Assembly (NCBI RefSeq): GCF_009914755.1
Contig: NC_060947.1
Reading direction: 5' to 3' (one strand)
DNA length: 64,000 nucleotides
Origin: the human T2T-CHM13v2.0 reference genome, Homo sapiens
Of this stretch, positions 1 to 14,200 are shown piece after piece (positions within the stretch are counted from its first letter, which is position 1; each line of letters begins with the position of its first letter). Made by a program: the position numbers and the translations under genes. The notes under the pieces are model-generated. The model was not told the DNA's origin. It did not search any database and worked only from the letters and a program-made list of their open reading frames with translations.

Positions 1-1040
1 CCTTTCCAAAGGTTTCAACTGTAAAATACTTCTTTTTACAATGTATCAACATATTTTTATTTAAGGGGAATTAACAATTGCCAGGGAAACCAGCCAACCC
101 AAGTTTATTATATCATTAACCTTATCATAAATTCAAACCTAAGTTGCTGGACCCTGGTGTGAGGACATAAATCTTCCAAAGTTTTGCCTATCCTAAGAGC
201 TGCATTTTTCTACTGCTCTTTACCTTGCATTTTAGCTAATTTAGGAGTTTTGAGAATGTATTGGATACGCTCCAGTACATAAGGAGTTGCCGCATATTAT
301 ATCAGACTGCTTTGAGAAATCTCATCCCTAGTCTATTGCAGTTGTTTCTATTAGCTTACTGATTAACTCAGTCCTGACACACCTTTTGGGAAATGCTGAT
401 TTAAACTTCTTAACTGGCAACAGTTGGAACAGTAATCAGTTTGCTAACATATTTAAAGTCTTGAATGTTGAAGAACTCATGTGATTTACCCTTTTCAACT
501 TTTTGGAAAACGATTTAATTTATTCTAATTAGATTAACCCTATTAATCTATGGATTGGGTATCAAAATGAATGCCAGTCCAGATGTGCCTAGACACGAAA
601 TTGGAGCTGAGGACTCTCACGATATGCAAGTTCATCCAACGTGAAGATACCATAAGCTTTTTCTCTGAACCAGAGAAATGAAAGTCAGTTTAAGAGGCTG
701 ATAGATCTTGGCCCTGTTAAGGCATCCACTTCACAGTTCTGAAGGCTGAGTCAGCCCCACTCCACAGTTAGGCCAAGAATTAGATTTTAAAACTTCATCT
801 GTCTGTCCCAGTTAACTGTTAAATAAGGCCTCATCCTCCACTGAAGAGTATGGATTGAAGGATTGTGAACTATGTTTAGTGTGATTGTGAACTTGGTGCC
901 TAATGTTCCATGTCTGAAGTTTGCCCCAGTGCTACACGTTGGAGTATACCTATGTGTGTGCTTTGCCACTGAAGTAAGATTTTGCCTGTATGGTACTGTT
1001 TTGTTTGTTAATAAAGTGCACTGCCACCCCCAATGCAGAC
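1..1040 (+). other. MAOA: Distal 3'UTR of monoamine oxidase A (last exon, end approximate)
   Basis: Repeat-free AT-rich sequence ending in TGTA (987-990), AATAAA (1010-1015) and a downstream GT-rich tract. It lies ~19.8 kb from the MAOB 3' end, matching the known tail-to-tail arrangement. No MAOA coding sequence is in the window, so the identity rests on synteny and recall. Confidence 0.8.
1010..1015 (+). terminator. MAOA: Canonical poly(A) signal of MAOA
   Basis: AATAAA preceded by U-rich TGTTTTGTTTGTT and TGTA, followed by CTGTATTTAGTTG ~35 nt downstream. Confidence 0.75.
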
Positions 1041-1497
1041 TCGACTCCTGTATTTAGTTGATGGCTCTATGCAGAAAGTTCAATGGCTTCTTATAGCAGG
1101 AGGTCACAATGAGGCATTGTCCATGGAGGATAGGCTTAGGAAATTGTTTAATACCGACTGCAAATTCTCAAAGTTGAGTTTGACTCTCATGTGTTATTGA
1201 GGTTTTCTGGGAACTGATTAAACACTGAAATACTGTAGCCTGCCTAACTGGGCCACAGATGTGGATTCTGGTCCAAGTTTTCTCACCTAGTAGCTTATGA
1301 TAACTTGAGCAAGTCACTTTGGTTCTCTCGGTCTCCACATCTGGAAAAGGTTGGGTTGCATTAGATGACTTCTGAGCATTCTTTTCACGGCAGCATAATG
1401 TGATCTATGCATTTTGTTGCCAGCACTGTAACTGTTTTTGCCTATTGGTATGCCAGGGGCAAAAAAATCAGTCTTTCTGTACCCTGGTTTACTCCTT

Positions 1498-1860
1498 GTC
1501 CTAGATTGGGTTCCCTGGAAACAGACTCTAAGATACAGAGTCAGGGCAAAAAGTTTATTGAAGACAATCCTCAGGAAATACACCTAAGAGGGTGAGGAAG
1601 GTAGGATTGGGCAGGAGAGTCGACCTACAATGCAGTTGCAACTACAGGTTCTAATGAGGAGCTAGGAAGACCCTTCAGAAGTATCCCTCATTGAGACAAG
1701 GAGGTCTGGACTCTGTGACCCTTCATCAGCCTCCCCCTGAGAGAGGGTGTTACCTTGAGTAAGGCAGGTTCAAGGACAATTTCTAGTGAGGAACTGTAGC
1801 TGGGATCTTCGACCAGCCTGTATTCCCTGCAGATCCAGGGTGGAGCACTGCATTATCTAC
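1498..1860 (-). mobile_element. Ancient ERVL solo LTR (LTR16/LTR33-like), boundaries approximate
   Basis: Motif GGGTTCCCTGGAAACAGACTCT...TTTATTG typical of the reversed LTR16-family 3' end. Confidence 0.55.
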
Positions 1861-2268
1861 TTTATTCTCATAGAAAGTTGCCTTGTCATGTAAAAGACAT
1901 TGTGGACTTGAGCTTTGGCTTTATAGATAGAATGGAGCTCTCGCTGTGAACCTATCCCTGTTAGGTAAGGGAACTTCCTTTAGAGGGTTGTATTTCTGCA
2001 CTATTCTTTACATGGAAGAAAAAAAAATCAGAATTGGAAGGAACCCTGGAAATAATTCAATCTCTGTCTCAATGAATGAGCCCCATCTACAGAAAACTAA
2101 CAGAAAGATCAAAGGGAAAAATAAGCATTTCTAAAGAGGAGTCCTAAATTCAATGTCTTCAGGAGTTGGGCAGCTAAAAACGAACAGCAGCAGACATAAG
2201 ACATTTGGGAATACTGAGGACTGGCTGACCTAGGAAGTATGTGCCCTTCTAAAGAGCATTTATATTCA

Positions 2269-2940
<672 letters not shown>

Positions 2941-5238
2941 TAAAACACATTTGAAGGCTTGGTTCACATGTCCAAGTTGTCTTCAAGTCCTTGATAAAGA
3001 AGTGCAAGGTTTGGTTTTGCATCACTTAAATGATGCATTTTCCATCACTTACAAGTTCTTTTTGGATGTCTGATTTTCTGAGAAATAAGCACAAAGATCA
3101 GCAACCACTTTGTAAAACTACCTGGAGTGAGTAGGAGAGGCCTGGGTTGGAATGGCAAAAAAGAAAAACAAAGACAGAAAAAAGTCTTCTTAGACCAGAA
3201 ATCTCCCTTAAGAAATTACCCTTCCCCAGCCCAGCATACCGTGGCAGTGTTTATCTCCTGCTATGTGAATGTCACGATTGACGAGAGCAGTGTCAGACTT
3301 TATTGGAAAAACCACATATTTGCAGTGAGATAGAAATCACCGCTCTTCTATTAACATTTATTCTGTGCTATGATATAATTTCAGCAAACAGGACATCAAC
3401 ATTGAGTGTATTAATTTTTTCAAACTATACTCCTTGCTTTACACTGAGGTGGTGGTAAATGTGCAAGGCATGCCCCTTAGCCTAAGGAAGCTGACTGAGA
3501 CATTAGAGGAAGAGGATGAAAACAAAGGAAGGTACTAGGTAATAGTAACAGTTCTCTTTCCTCTATCAGAGCCCAGGGCTTGGCTCTCTTCCTTGATCAA
3601 GGCCATTCTTTTCAGAGTTTGAAGGCAAAAGCAGGTCTCAAAGTGACAGTTGATGTGAACTGGTTGTCTCAGCCTGGAGCCAAGTTTCTGAAAAGCAGCT
3701 TTGGAAGCCTCATGTGAAAAAGCTGGCTTGAGGAAACTTGCCATTCATTCAAGGTGGGCTGTGGGCCCTTCAAGTAAGACCTCCCCTTAATGCACGTGTG
3801 ATCCATCAAAGGCTACTATTTATTTACACTCCAAACAGTAACACCTCAATGGGAACCAGGTTTTCCTATTAATGGGCCTCATATATTTTCCACAAACCAC
3901 CGAGGTCTATGGGTGAAATAGAGTGGAGGAAAGAGGTGTGGGTGTGTGCTGGGGGATGGGGAGGTAGGGACAGGGAAAGAGACGAAGATTGGCGGGGGTG
4001 GGGTGCTTAAAGGTCCACAGAGTAGTGCAGTAATGAGAATCTTGATGGATTGATATAGGGCACCCCTGCACCTTGTGTCATTTACTTTTTACATGCCCCT
4101 AGATAAGTACTGTGGCTTGAAGTACCTGTCTTACAGAATTGATGGGAAAACAGAGATAATGCAGGTAACGGCTTAATGCAGCAAGCACTCAGTAGGCATC
4201 AGCTCTTCTCCATCAACCTTTTAGAATAGCAGAAAGGAAGCACTGCTTAAGTTTTGCGAGCAGTTATTACCTTGAATTTCTTACAATCATTCAACACCTA
4301 CTTATTGAGCACCTACTATGTGGTAGGTAGGCACCATGCTGTGATTCAGCAGTGTACAAGACACAGCCCACCTCATGGAGCACACAGTTGATTGTAGATA
4401 CTGTGGAACACATTAATTGTGGCTCTGGTCAGTGCTATTACAGAAAAGCATGAGGTGCTAGGAATGCAGGGGAAGCACGATTTAAGAGGAAGTTACCAGA
4501 ATCCTCAGGCCTCCATAAGCATCACTGTGTGGCAAGAGACTAAGGACACCACATAGTGAGACAGGAAGTAAAAAATAGAAATGGCATGACTAAATGGTAA
4601 AGAAAACCACATCTGCAACTAATAAGTGCTGACTGTTAAGTCCTATTTGTCCCATTGACCGTAGTTCACCCCATCAGTCTTTTACTGTTCCCCTGTCTGC
4701 CCAGCCCTTCTCTGCACTTGGAGCTCTTTAACGACTGTGATTGACTATCTTCCAGCACCTGTGCTAGGGGGCGGCCCCAATTTGTTTTAAAAGAGTGCCA
4801 TCTTCTGGCCAATTAGTGTTGTTTCCTTCTAGTGGAAATCCTAAAGTATTCAAGACAGCCTCGCTCTTGGGGAAACTAAGAAGCGTCACCTCCACCCAGA
4901 ATTTCCTCCAACACATTTGCCTGCACTCTCTTACTTTGTTTTCAGTTGTGACATGGATCAATATTGATATCTAATATTTGCAGCCTTTCCTCTGCCCTAA
5001 TCTCTCAGGAAGGTTTTTTGTTAGAACTTCTTGGTTTTTCAGCCTCTGTTGTGTGCATCTGGGTAATGGGTGAAAAGAACATCGATGGGAGATGAGACAG
5101 GTGGAATTGCTTTCACCTTAGAAAGGGCAGGGAAGTAATCTGGGGAAAGCAGGAGAAGGGAGCTGGGGAGAGGAGAAAGTTTCAGAAAGGCAACTTGGGG
5201 CTGTGGAGGAGTGCAGCTGGACAGAAGAAGGGGTTTTC

Positions 5239-5533
5239 TCTTTCGATTTTATTTTAAGTTCTGGGATACATGTGCAGAACATGAAGGTTTGTTGCATAGA
5301 TATACATGTGCCATGGTGGTTTGCTGCACTTATCAACCCGTCATCTAGGTCTTAAGCCCTGCATGCATTAGGTATTTGTCCTAATGCTCTCCGTCCTCTT
5401 GCCCCCTCAGGCCCTGGTGTGTGATGTTCCTCTCCCTGTGTCCATGTGTTCTCATTGTTCAACTCCCACTTATGAGTGAGAACATGCAGTGTTTGGTTTT
5501 CTGTTCCTGCGTTAGTTTGCTGAGAATGATGGG
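5239..5533 (-). mobile_element. 5'-truncated L1PA 3' end
   Basis: Antisense L1 3'UTR; 16-bp TSD AGAAGAAGGGG(T/C)TTTC at 5223-5238 and 5534-5549. Confidence 0.9.
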
Positions 5534-6281
5534 AGAAGAAGGGGCTTTCAAAAGCTGTTTTGACAACCTAAGGAGATGGAAGGAAAGAAGGAAAGAAGGA
5601 AGGAAGGAAGCTTCCTAAGTTTGGCTAGGAGTTTTGTGGTATAGTAAATATTTACATTACTTTTAAGATTTGGGCGTCAAAATTGTGTTTCTTTTAGGCA
5701 CTGTATAGTGCTTGGACCACCTTAGAGGTCCTCAGAGCACCCTAGATTATTTGGGGCTGTACAAATTCAGAAAACATACACCTAATAGTGGCTGGCATCT
5801 GGAATGGTACATAAGTGTCCCGTGGGTTCACTATATGGGATTTCAGTGGAACTAAACCTTGGCAACTCTGTCTTCAGCAAGATCAACATCTAAGCTGGTA
5901 AACTGTGTACCCCATGCCAGACATACACTAAATATGTAATACATCTGGCAGTGAATTAGGTTTACATTAAGAAAATGAGCAAAGGAGGTCTGTTTGCCTG
6001 GTGTCGTGTATTCATCTGGCTACTATAGACTATTCTATCACATCAACTAGCAAACATGGAAGATGCAGGTATGAGGTCCCTAGATGAGTCCAATGAGGCA
6101 GCTGGTATTAGATGGGCCTTATATTTAGACTGTGTAGAGCTGGCTGGAGGATACATCTGAAAGGTAAGTCCACTGAGAGATGGGGCCAGTTCAGACAGGC
6201 CAAAGGGAGTGAGGGTAAGTCAGCTTCTCCCTCAAGCAGCCTGACCACCTTTGCTATATCAGCCATTTTAATTTTGTTGGC

Positions 6282-6741
6282 TGTATTAATGTCCTATTGC
6301 CCCTGTAGCAAAATGGCACAAGCTTAGTAGCTTAAAACAACACAAGCTTATTATTTTACAGTTCTGGAAGTCAAAAGTTCAAAATGAGTCTTACAGGGCT
6401 AAAATCAAGGTGTTAGCAGGAATGGTTCCTTCTGGAAGCTCCAAGGGAGAACTCATTCCTTGCCTCTTTCTGTTTCCAAAGGCTGCTAGCATTCCTTGGC
6501 TTGTGGCTGCATCACTCCAATCTCTTGTTTCCATGGATGCACCATCTCCTCCTCACTTTGAGCCTCCTGCCTCCCTCTTAAGAGAACCTTTGTGAGTACA
6601 TTGGGCCCATGAGGATTATCTCCCTATTTTATAATCCTTAATCACATCTGCAAAGTCCCTTTGCCATGTAAGGTAACATATTCATTTGCCCCAGAGTTAG
6701 GACGTGAACATCTTCAGCCAGGCTATTGTCTAGCCTACCAT
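6282..6741 (-). mobile_element. MaLR LTR (MLT1-type), boundaries approximate
   Basis: GCTTAAAACAACACAAGCTTATTATTTTACAGTTCTGGAAGTC and AATCACATCTGCAAAGTCCCTTTGCCATGTAAGGTAACATA are MLT1 hallmarks. Confidence 0.8.
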
Positions 6742-8459
6742 ATGGGCCTCAATATTTTTGAAAACCAAGAGTTAAATGCCACAATTGGTCTGTCCTTAAA
6801 TCCCTGCTGTTCCAGGCACCTGAATTTGGAGCAGCAAGTAGAACTTTTAATGATTTAAAACCACATGGCTCTGCCCTGCTTCCACCAATGCCTACCCTCT
6901 TCCCTATCACACACACACCCCAATATAGCTTCTATCCAGCTTTGTCTTCTACAAAGCCTGAAAAGGCTTGCATCTGGGATCCTGAGAAGCAAATGTATTT
7001 GTCTTACATAAGCACGAAACTAGATTCCAAGTTTGTACCTTTAATAAACGACAGAAGAGAAATTTCTATTCTTTAACCCCAATAACTGAATTTCTTTCAG
7101 ACTCTGCACACAACTGAATACTGGACTTTCACATGAACCTGCTCAGGCATCCCTTTAGATGGCCAAGCCCCAAAGCAAGAGTATCCTACCAGGCACTTGC
7201 CAACCATTGACTTCCCAAAAGATCATCAGAAAACATGTCAATCAAGAAAAGCTAAGTTTATCAGACACATTGCATAAGGAAGAACATCGCATTGACAGTC
7301 TTACTAGTGTCTCAAAGTGGAAAAATTGGGGGAGGGTTCACAGGGTTTTCAATTTGGGGGTTGTTTTTAAGGCAGATCTTGCAAGGCAAAAAACTGGTTG
7401 GAATTGGAAAAGTTTATGATAGAGTAGTTGTGGATTGGTAGGCAAAGTAAAGTGGTGTCTTAAAGCAAGTCTTGATGAGCAAGCTGTTAGTCTTGATAAA
7501 TAATCTATTTGTGTTACTTCAAAGCTTTGTATTCCAGGAGCAAGTATTTCCTGGGACAAGTAGCCAAGTTATTTTGACTGGTTCAGTATTGTTTAGCTTA
7601 GGGACAGGAAAGTCTGTTGGTTTCAGCTTCCTACCTTTAACACACAACTAGGAATACTTATTATTTCTAAAGGCACATTCTGATTTCTTAGCCCTAAGAA
7701 CTGTCTTTAGAAACAGATACTTTGTTAAGTCACCCTGTTTTGTAGGAAAGCGTAAATGTTAAAAGCTCAGGTTTCTGGAGCTGGCTAGGCCTGGGTTTGA
7801 ATCTTGGTATTGAACATGCATTTTCTTATCTGTTAAATGGAGCTAGCTGTTCAGTTGTTCTGAGCATTCAATAGGATCACATAAGTGAAGTTGTTACAGT
7901 ACTAACAATAAATGATAGCTTTAAAGAAATAAAGGATCTCTTTGTGGTCTACTATGATTCCTACTTCAAAAATACATCTCAAATTACTTTTCTCCACTAG
8001 TAACTCCTCTCTGATTAGTCATCTCTTGCTAAAATGCCCTGGTTTCCCTTTTACTACACCACCCGAGCAGCCCAAGTAGATCTTTTAAAACTGCAAATCT
8101 GATCCTGTCAGTCCAGACTCAAGCCCTTTCAATAGCTGCTCAATGAACTTTGGATATGACGCACTGTGGCTCCCAAGGCCTTGCATGCTCTTTTTTCTGC
8201 CTGTTTCCCTACCCTCGTCTCTGGTCACTCCACTCTCCCTCAGAACCTTCCAGCCATCTCGTTCTCATAAATCCTCAGATATATCCAGTTCTTTTCTGTC
8301 TTGGTTCCCTCTCCATGGAAGGTTATTTTCTCCATTCTTCAGTTGGCTAAATCCTTTAGGTTATTTCCCAAGGGATGAAATAGCACTTCCTCAGAGATGC
8401 ATTTCCTGAGAAACCCCCCGGACAATTAATTCTCCATTATAATCTCTTATCACTGCTTT

Positions 8460-8781
8460 AAAAAAATTATTTTCCATAAGTGATTCGGGTACAGGTGGTA
8501 TTTGGTTACATGAGTAAGTTCTTTAGTGGAGACTTGTGAGATCCTGATGCACCCATCACTCGAGCAGTATACACTGCACACTATTTGTTGTCTTTTATCC
8601 CTCGCCTCCCTCCCGCTCTTCCCCGCCAAGTCCCCAAAGTCCATTGTATCATTCTTATGCCTTTGTGTCCTCATAGCTTAGCTCTCACATATCAGGGAGA
8701 ACATATGATGTTTGGTTTTCCATTCCTGAGTTACTTCACAAAAGAAGATATACAAATGGCCAACAAACATATGAAAGAATG
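8460..8781 (-). mobile_element. L1PB-like 3' end with short 5' inversion
   Basis: Antisense L1 3'UTR to ~8738, then a sense ORF2 piece (AAAAGAAGATATACAAATGGCCAACAAACATATGAAA); TSD CTCTTATCACTGCTTT at 8444-8459 and 8782-8797. Confidence 0.85.
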
Positions 8782-11700
8782 CTCTTATCACTGCTTTTGT
8801 TTTCCCTCCATAAAGATTCACAATTACATATTTTTTGAAATGCTTGTTTAATGTCTCCCCAAATGACAGACCCCACCACGAATGGGTTGTATCTATGTAG
8901 AGATCTGGAGGCCATCAGTTCTCCAGTCAGAGGAATAGGAACTTGGGTGGCCACAGCCCCTAAGCTACTAGCTTCCATGCATTCAGTAACTGTATCCATT
9001 TACCCAGTGTGCCAAAACAAATGCAATCATTTTTTTTCTGTGTAATGTGATGTGAAAAAGGTTGGCAAGCACTGCCTTATGCCACTATTTTTGGTATAGA
9101 TAGAGAGATAAGCAAGTAGCCATCAAGGATCCAGGTTTTACTACGAAACATCACTTGCATGAGAAAAAGTAAAACCCACTGTCATTTCCCAGGACCACAA
9201 TTTCATATGGTGCCCAGTATCATAATGGTAATGACATACCTTCAAACATATCCAACTACAAATTCAAGTTTTCTGCTCTTTAATTATTTCACTTCCATTG
9301 TAACATGCCCTCAAAAGAATGAATTTAAATGAGCCAATTAGTAACCGAAGGTCAGTCTGGAAGAAATAATTGACAGAACCAGTCCTCAGATCTCACCAGG
9401 GCTCTTGGATTTAAACTGGAATCCAAGAGAGAAGCATTTATTCATTATTTATTTCATCCGATCATTTATGACAAGCCTGGCCTCTCAGGGAAGCTGGATA
9501 TCTGGCTGAAATGCAAAATTAACAAATTAAAATTAACAAGCACAGAAAACAAAAACAAAAAAAATCCAGTCTCTCTCCAGCTTACTCCAAGGGCTAGGAC
9601 TGACACCGGGTGTACCCAGGAAGGGTGCTCTTGGCTTCTCAGAGTTGGGCTAACCTTCTCCCCACCCCCACACATGAATCCATGGTAAAAATTTCCAGTT
9701 AGGTAAAGACAGAAGACAGTATTGGGATAATGTAAGCGTCGTTTGGCATCAGGTGGGTGCTTTTGAGCACTCAGCAGATCACATCCTTCACGGATCGGCA
9801 TTGAGGGAAATGAGGGTTCTGCACAGCAGTCCCTCTGAGACAGGGAGAAGGGGCCCATGTATGGCACAATGCCCTCTCCTGGAACAGGGACAGACTCAGT
9901 ATGGTGGGGTGGCCAGGGTGAGCAAAGGGAAACGACAGCCTTAGTGGTCAGGAAACAGTTAGCGGAGAAGATGGGCTTGCCGCACAAGGACTTAGCCATC
10001 CTCAGTCTGGGTTTCAGGCAAACAGGTCCAGGGTGTCTTTGTGGGGATGGGTTGGCAGAGGATAATAGCAGGAAATCTAGGAAACACACACTTTTAGGCT
10101 CAGACAGGAGAGCCCTACACATAAGGAGCAGAGGATAAGGAATTGCTAATGGCTACTGGGCATGGAGCCTTGGTCCTGTACCCTGAGGCAGACCCATCTC
10201 TGTGAGAGGATGGGATCTGAGATCTAGTCCGAGGCCTGTGGTCTGCACTGGGCACCTTAACTACCCTGTTTTCATCACAGATCCCTTTGGGGCAGGGATA
10301 TGGCTGGCACCCAGGTGCTGCTGATGTCTTGCTCCCTGGTTGAATATGACTTTTTGCACGCCTGCTGAATACTGGGCCCTTGAATCCACCTGGATTAGCC
10401 TCTGCAGAACCTTGATTGAATAATCTGCCAGCAACACTGGGACCCTGCTGCTCTTCCCTGCCCGCCTATCTGGGTCACCCTACTAAGCTGTGCATATGGC
10501 GTTTTTGGCACTGCCAGCCTGGATGGGTTGGGGTGGAGAAAGAGCCTCACTGGACCCGGGTGACTCTCCTCTCCTTGGCTTCTCAAAGAAGGAAATCCTG
10601 GAGCTGAGTGGCTAAAGACAAAATGTAGAAATTCTCCAGGCTGACAACAGGGTAGGACACCTAAGGCAGAGGAAGTAGCACTTCCCGCAGGTACAAGCCC
10701 CAGGGAAAGGTTCTTGGGCCATAGTCTGCTGGGTGGACCAAAGGCCTATAGAAATTATCAGAGCCTTCCCCGCTTTCATATCTTTATTCTAGATTTTTCA
10801 CCCATCCACTTTTTCATAGAGCCCTTTCAAATAGGGAACCCAACCTTCTGAGGTCAAGCTATGAAAAGCGTCATTTTAGCATGCCTGCTGACCCCTGGGA
10901 AGCACTGGACATATTTGGAGTCCTCTTCTTACCATCAGCAGGATCTTGAAAAAGGAGGCAGTCACCCACTGAAAGCACTCCAGAGGAAATCAAGGAGAAA
11001 CATGAGGAAGAGCTGACATTAAGGAGGCCGGCAGAAAGAAGAGTTCAGAGGGTGATGGGGAAGGAAGAATCATTGAGTCCCCCAACATCCTGAAGTCACC
11101 TTGTGCTAGTGTTGCCCAGAATTTCATCTTTGGAGTAGACTTTTTCCCTGAGTTGACCACAACTTGATAAAGCTTATTTACACTAAAGTGAGACGTGCCA
11201 GGAATCCATTTGGTGGGCCAAAGGTGCATTTTGATAGACCCCAGTCTAAGAGGATTTCTGATGTAACATTTCAGACAGTGCGATAAAATGAAACAAAAAC
11301 ATTTTCAGGCCTTGGTCAATGGGTCTTTGCTGGAGTCCCTCAGATTCCCTACCTAGACAGCAGTCGGCCTTCCCTGTGCCCACCTGCTTGTCCACATTCT
11401 CCTCATCCACTTACTGCTCACACACCATCTCCTTTTGTTTTGTTTTGTTAACTTAGTGTTTAAATGTGTTGCTGGATGTTGTCTCAAATTCTCTGGGAAG
11501 TAGCAGACAATAAGCAAATACATAAATACAGCAGCAGATTGTTTAACCAGGTGTCCAAACACCAGAAATATAAAACACAAATGTTTTTAAAAGATTTTAA
11601 AACAACTATTACTCACTTTTTTACATCAGCTTGCTATAATCACTGAAAAGCTGCAATAATGGAGATTATAATGAATGATTACAGTGAAATCACTGTAATC

Positions 11701-12094
11701 TGAGTACATAATTTGTCATAGCTCTTAGATATATATTTCTTTTGGGGATCACTGCTGTTTGTAATTGAGTAAATAGATATTGAACATTTCACATTTAATG
11801 GTTGGGTGTCTCGGGGCTCATCTTCAAATATTGCTCTGTTTACACTCAATCCCACAGCTCCCCAAATTATATCACCAGCCCCAACCTCTCCCTGGAACTC
11901 TAATGTACATAGTCAAAAGCCTACTCAACCCCTCCATTCGGATCTTCATGGATCTCCACGGATCTGTATCTTTATTACTCTAGACCAAGCCACCAGAGTC
12001 TCTGGCCTGGACAACTAACTTTCCAGGCCTCCTAGATAGTCTACTGCTTTCAGTCTTACCACACAGAAGCCTGCTTTCCACATCACTAAGTGTC

Positions 12095-12478
12095 TCACAG
12101 GGTGGAATTTCCAGGAAGCAGACTCTGTGATGGAGATTTGCATGCAAGAAGCTTATTGGAATGTGCCCTTGGGATCAATACCTGCGAAGGAGTGAGGGAA
12201 GCAAATTGGGCAGAGGATGAAGCAGAACTCTGAAGCAATTGCAATAAAGGTTTTAGGTGATTCCACGGGGAGGTCTGGAACTAAAATAGTTCTTTGTACC
12301 CACTCATTGGATTTCGACTACTCCTAGGAAGGGGCATGCTTTGGGACAGGGGGTTTCCTTCAGCCCGCAGAAAGGGACACAGCTATGAGCTGTCAGCCTC
12401 CCAACTTCGAGCAGCTGCGTGAATGAGTGCATCATTTCCAAAGGAAGATTTGAGTAGCACACTACAGTATCCACGACA
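12095..12478 (-). mobile_element. ERVL solo LTR (LTR16-like) nested in an L2
   Basis: CCAGGAAGCAGACTCTGTGATGGAGATTTGCATGCAAGAAGCTTATTGG motif; L2-like flanks at ~11790-12090 and ~12480-13100. Confidence 0.65.
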
Positions 12479-13589
12479 GACTAATTCTTGTAAAAATTTA
12501 CCAGACTGTCTACTACCTTACTAGAAACACTCCAGTGAATCGTCTTCACACTTAGAATAAAAGCCAAACCCTTTCCTGTGGCCTAAGACTTCCTACATGA
12601 TCTGGCCCCTGTCTATCTCTCCAACCTCATTTTCTAGCATTAATTTGTTGTTACTGTTGCTCCTGCCATACTGGCTGTTTTGCTATTCCTTTAATACTCC
12701 AATCATGCTCTCACCTCTGGGACTTGCAATTGCTATTTCCCCTGCAAGTAGCATCATGGCTTTTTTTTTACTTCATTTAGGTCTCAGTTTAGTAAAAGTC
12801 ACTTTCTCGGTAAGACCTAACCTGACCACTCAATCTGCTATAGCCATCCCCTGCCACCACATCACTCTTTATCCCCTTTCCTTGCTTACTTTTTCTTGAT
12901 GATGGTTTTCATCACCTGAAAGTATAGGTTACAACAATTTTTTATTTATTATTTATTTATTTATTTATCATCTCCCCATTAGAATTTAAGTTCCATGAGG
13001 GAAGGGAGTTTCTCAGTTTTGTTCACAACTATATTCCCAACACCTACAAAAATACCTGAAATAGAAAGTGTATTCAATATATATTTGTTGAGTTATTGTT
13101 GAATGGTTATCATTCTTTAATCCTTATAATGGAACAGGCAAAATATCGTATCCAGAAGATATTGGGGCCATATTGAGTGGTAGAAGCAAATAAAAATATT
13201 TTTGGAAAGAAAATACCTAAGTTTTGGAGATAGCAATAATTTAGAAAGATCAGGTGCTAGGTATTCTGGATAAGTAATCTTATAAGGCTGACCCAGGGAG
13301 TAGAGACAGTGAAGAGAACACTCACAGGTTTAGAGCAACTCTCATCTGGGTTTGAAGCCCATCTATACCTCTTACTGGTTATGGGAACTTTGCCTTGTCT
13401 CTGAGACTCAGACTCCTTATGTGTAAAATGGAAGTGATGGGAGTGGAATCAGGATAAAATAAGATGATGTACAGCATCTTGTAATTAATATTTAATAAAA
13501 GTAGCTGTTGTTATAATAATATAATTAATAATAAGCATTATTGCTATCCAAAGGCAGTCTTATAAGAAGGTCTTAAAATTGTGTCAAGT

Positions 13590-14200
13590 GAGGTGGATCT
13601 TTTAGGATGTTTTGGACTGTAACAGAAAACCTGTATTCAAAATGGTTGAATTTATTTCTCATATGACCAGACTTCCTAAAATTGGGTAGGCTGGGAGAAG
13701 GGTATATCAGGGCTGATGTTTGATTTCTTTGTAACTTTTTTGGCCTCAACCTTCTCTGTGTATGGACCTCATCCTTGGCCTGGTAGTTAGATGGCTGCAG
13801 CAATTATAAATGTCACATCCAGATACTTGTAACATCCCAAAGAAGATAGAATGTGTCTGTTTTCTCATGTGTCTGTTTTTAAGAGTGAGGAACTCTTTTC
13901 CACAAGTTCCAGCTGGCCCCCTAAGAAGACTTCTCCTTATGGTCATTGGCCAGAATTGCATAACATACACCAGTAAGCCCGGGTATGTTTATTTTTTCTT
14001 TTTTCTTTTTGTCAACCATTGACAAAATAAAATAGGACCACCATGATTGCCTTAGGCTAACCAGTACCCACGTCTTGGGACTGGCGATGTGGCCAGCCTA
14101 CCTTTTCTGAAGTACAGTAGTGTGTAAATAGCTGAACAAAATCAAGGTTCTATGTTGAAGGAGGTGGAAGAATGTATAGTGAGTAAGTCTAGTACCCAAC
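13590..14200 (-). mobile_element. Old MaLR LTR (MLT1J/K-like), boundaries approximate
   Basis: GTAACAGAAAACC...TTTATTTCTCAT and GTCATTGGCCAGAATTG motifs. Confidence 0.5.

Noticed and set aside
3935-4005. G-run cluster with G-quadruplex potential
   Set aside because: Common in human intergenic DNA and not linked to any other feature.
9466-10122. Longest ORF in the track (218 aa, minus strand, intergenic)
   Set aside because: No recognisable domain, composition typical of chance ORFs in moderately GC-rich DNA, and no supporting gene structure seen.
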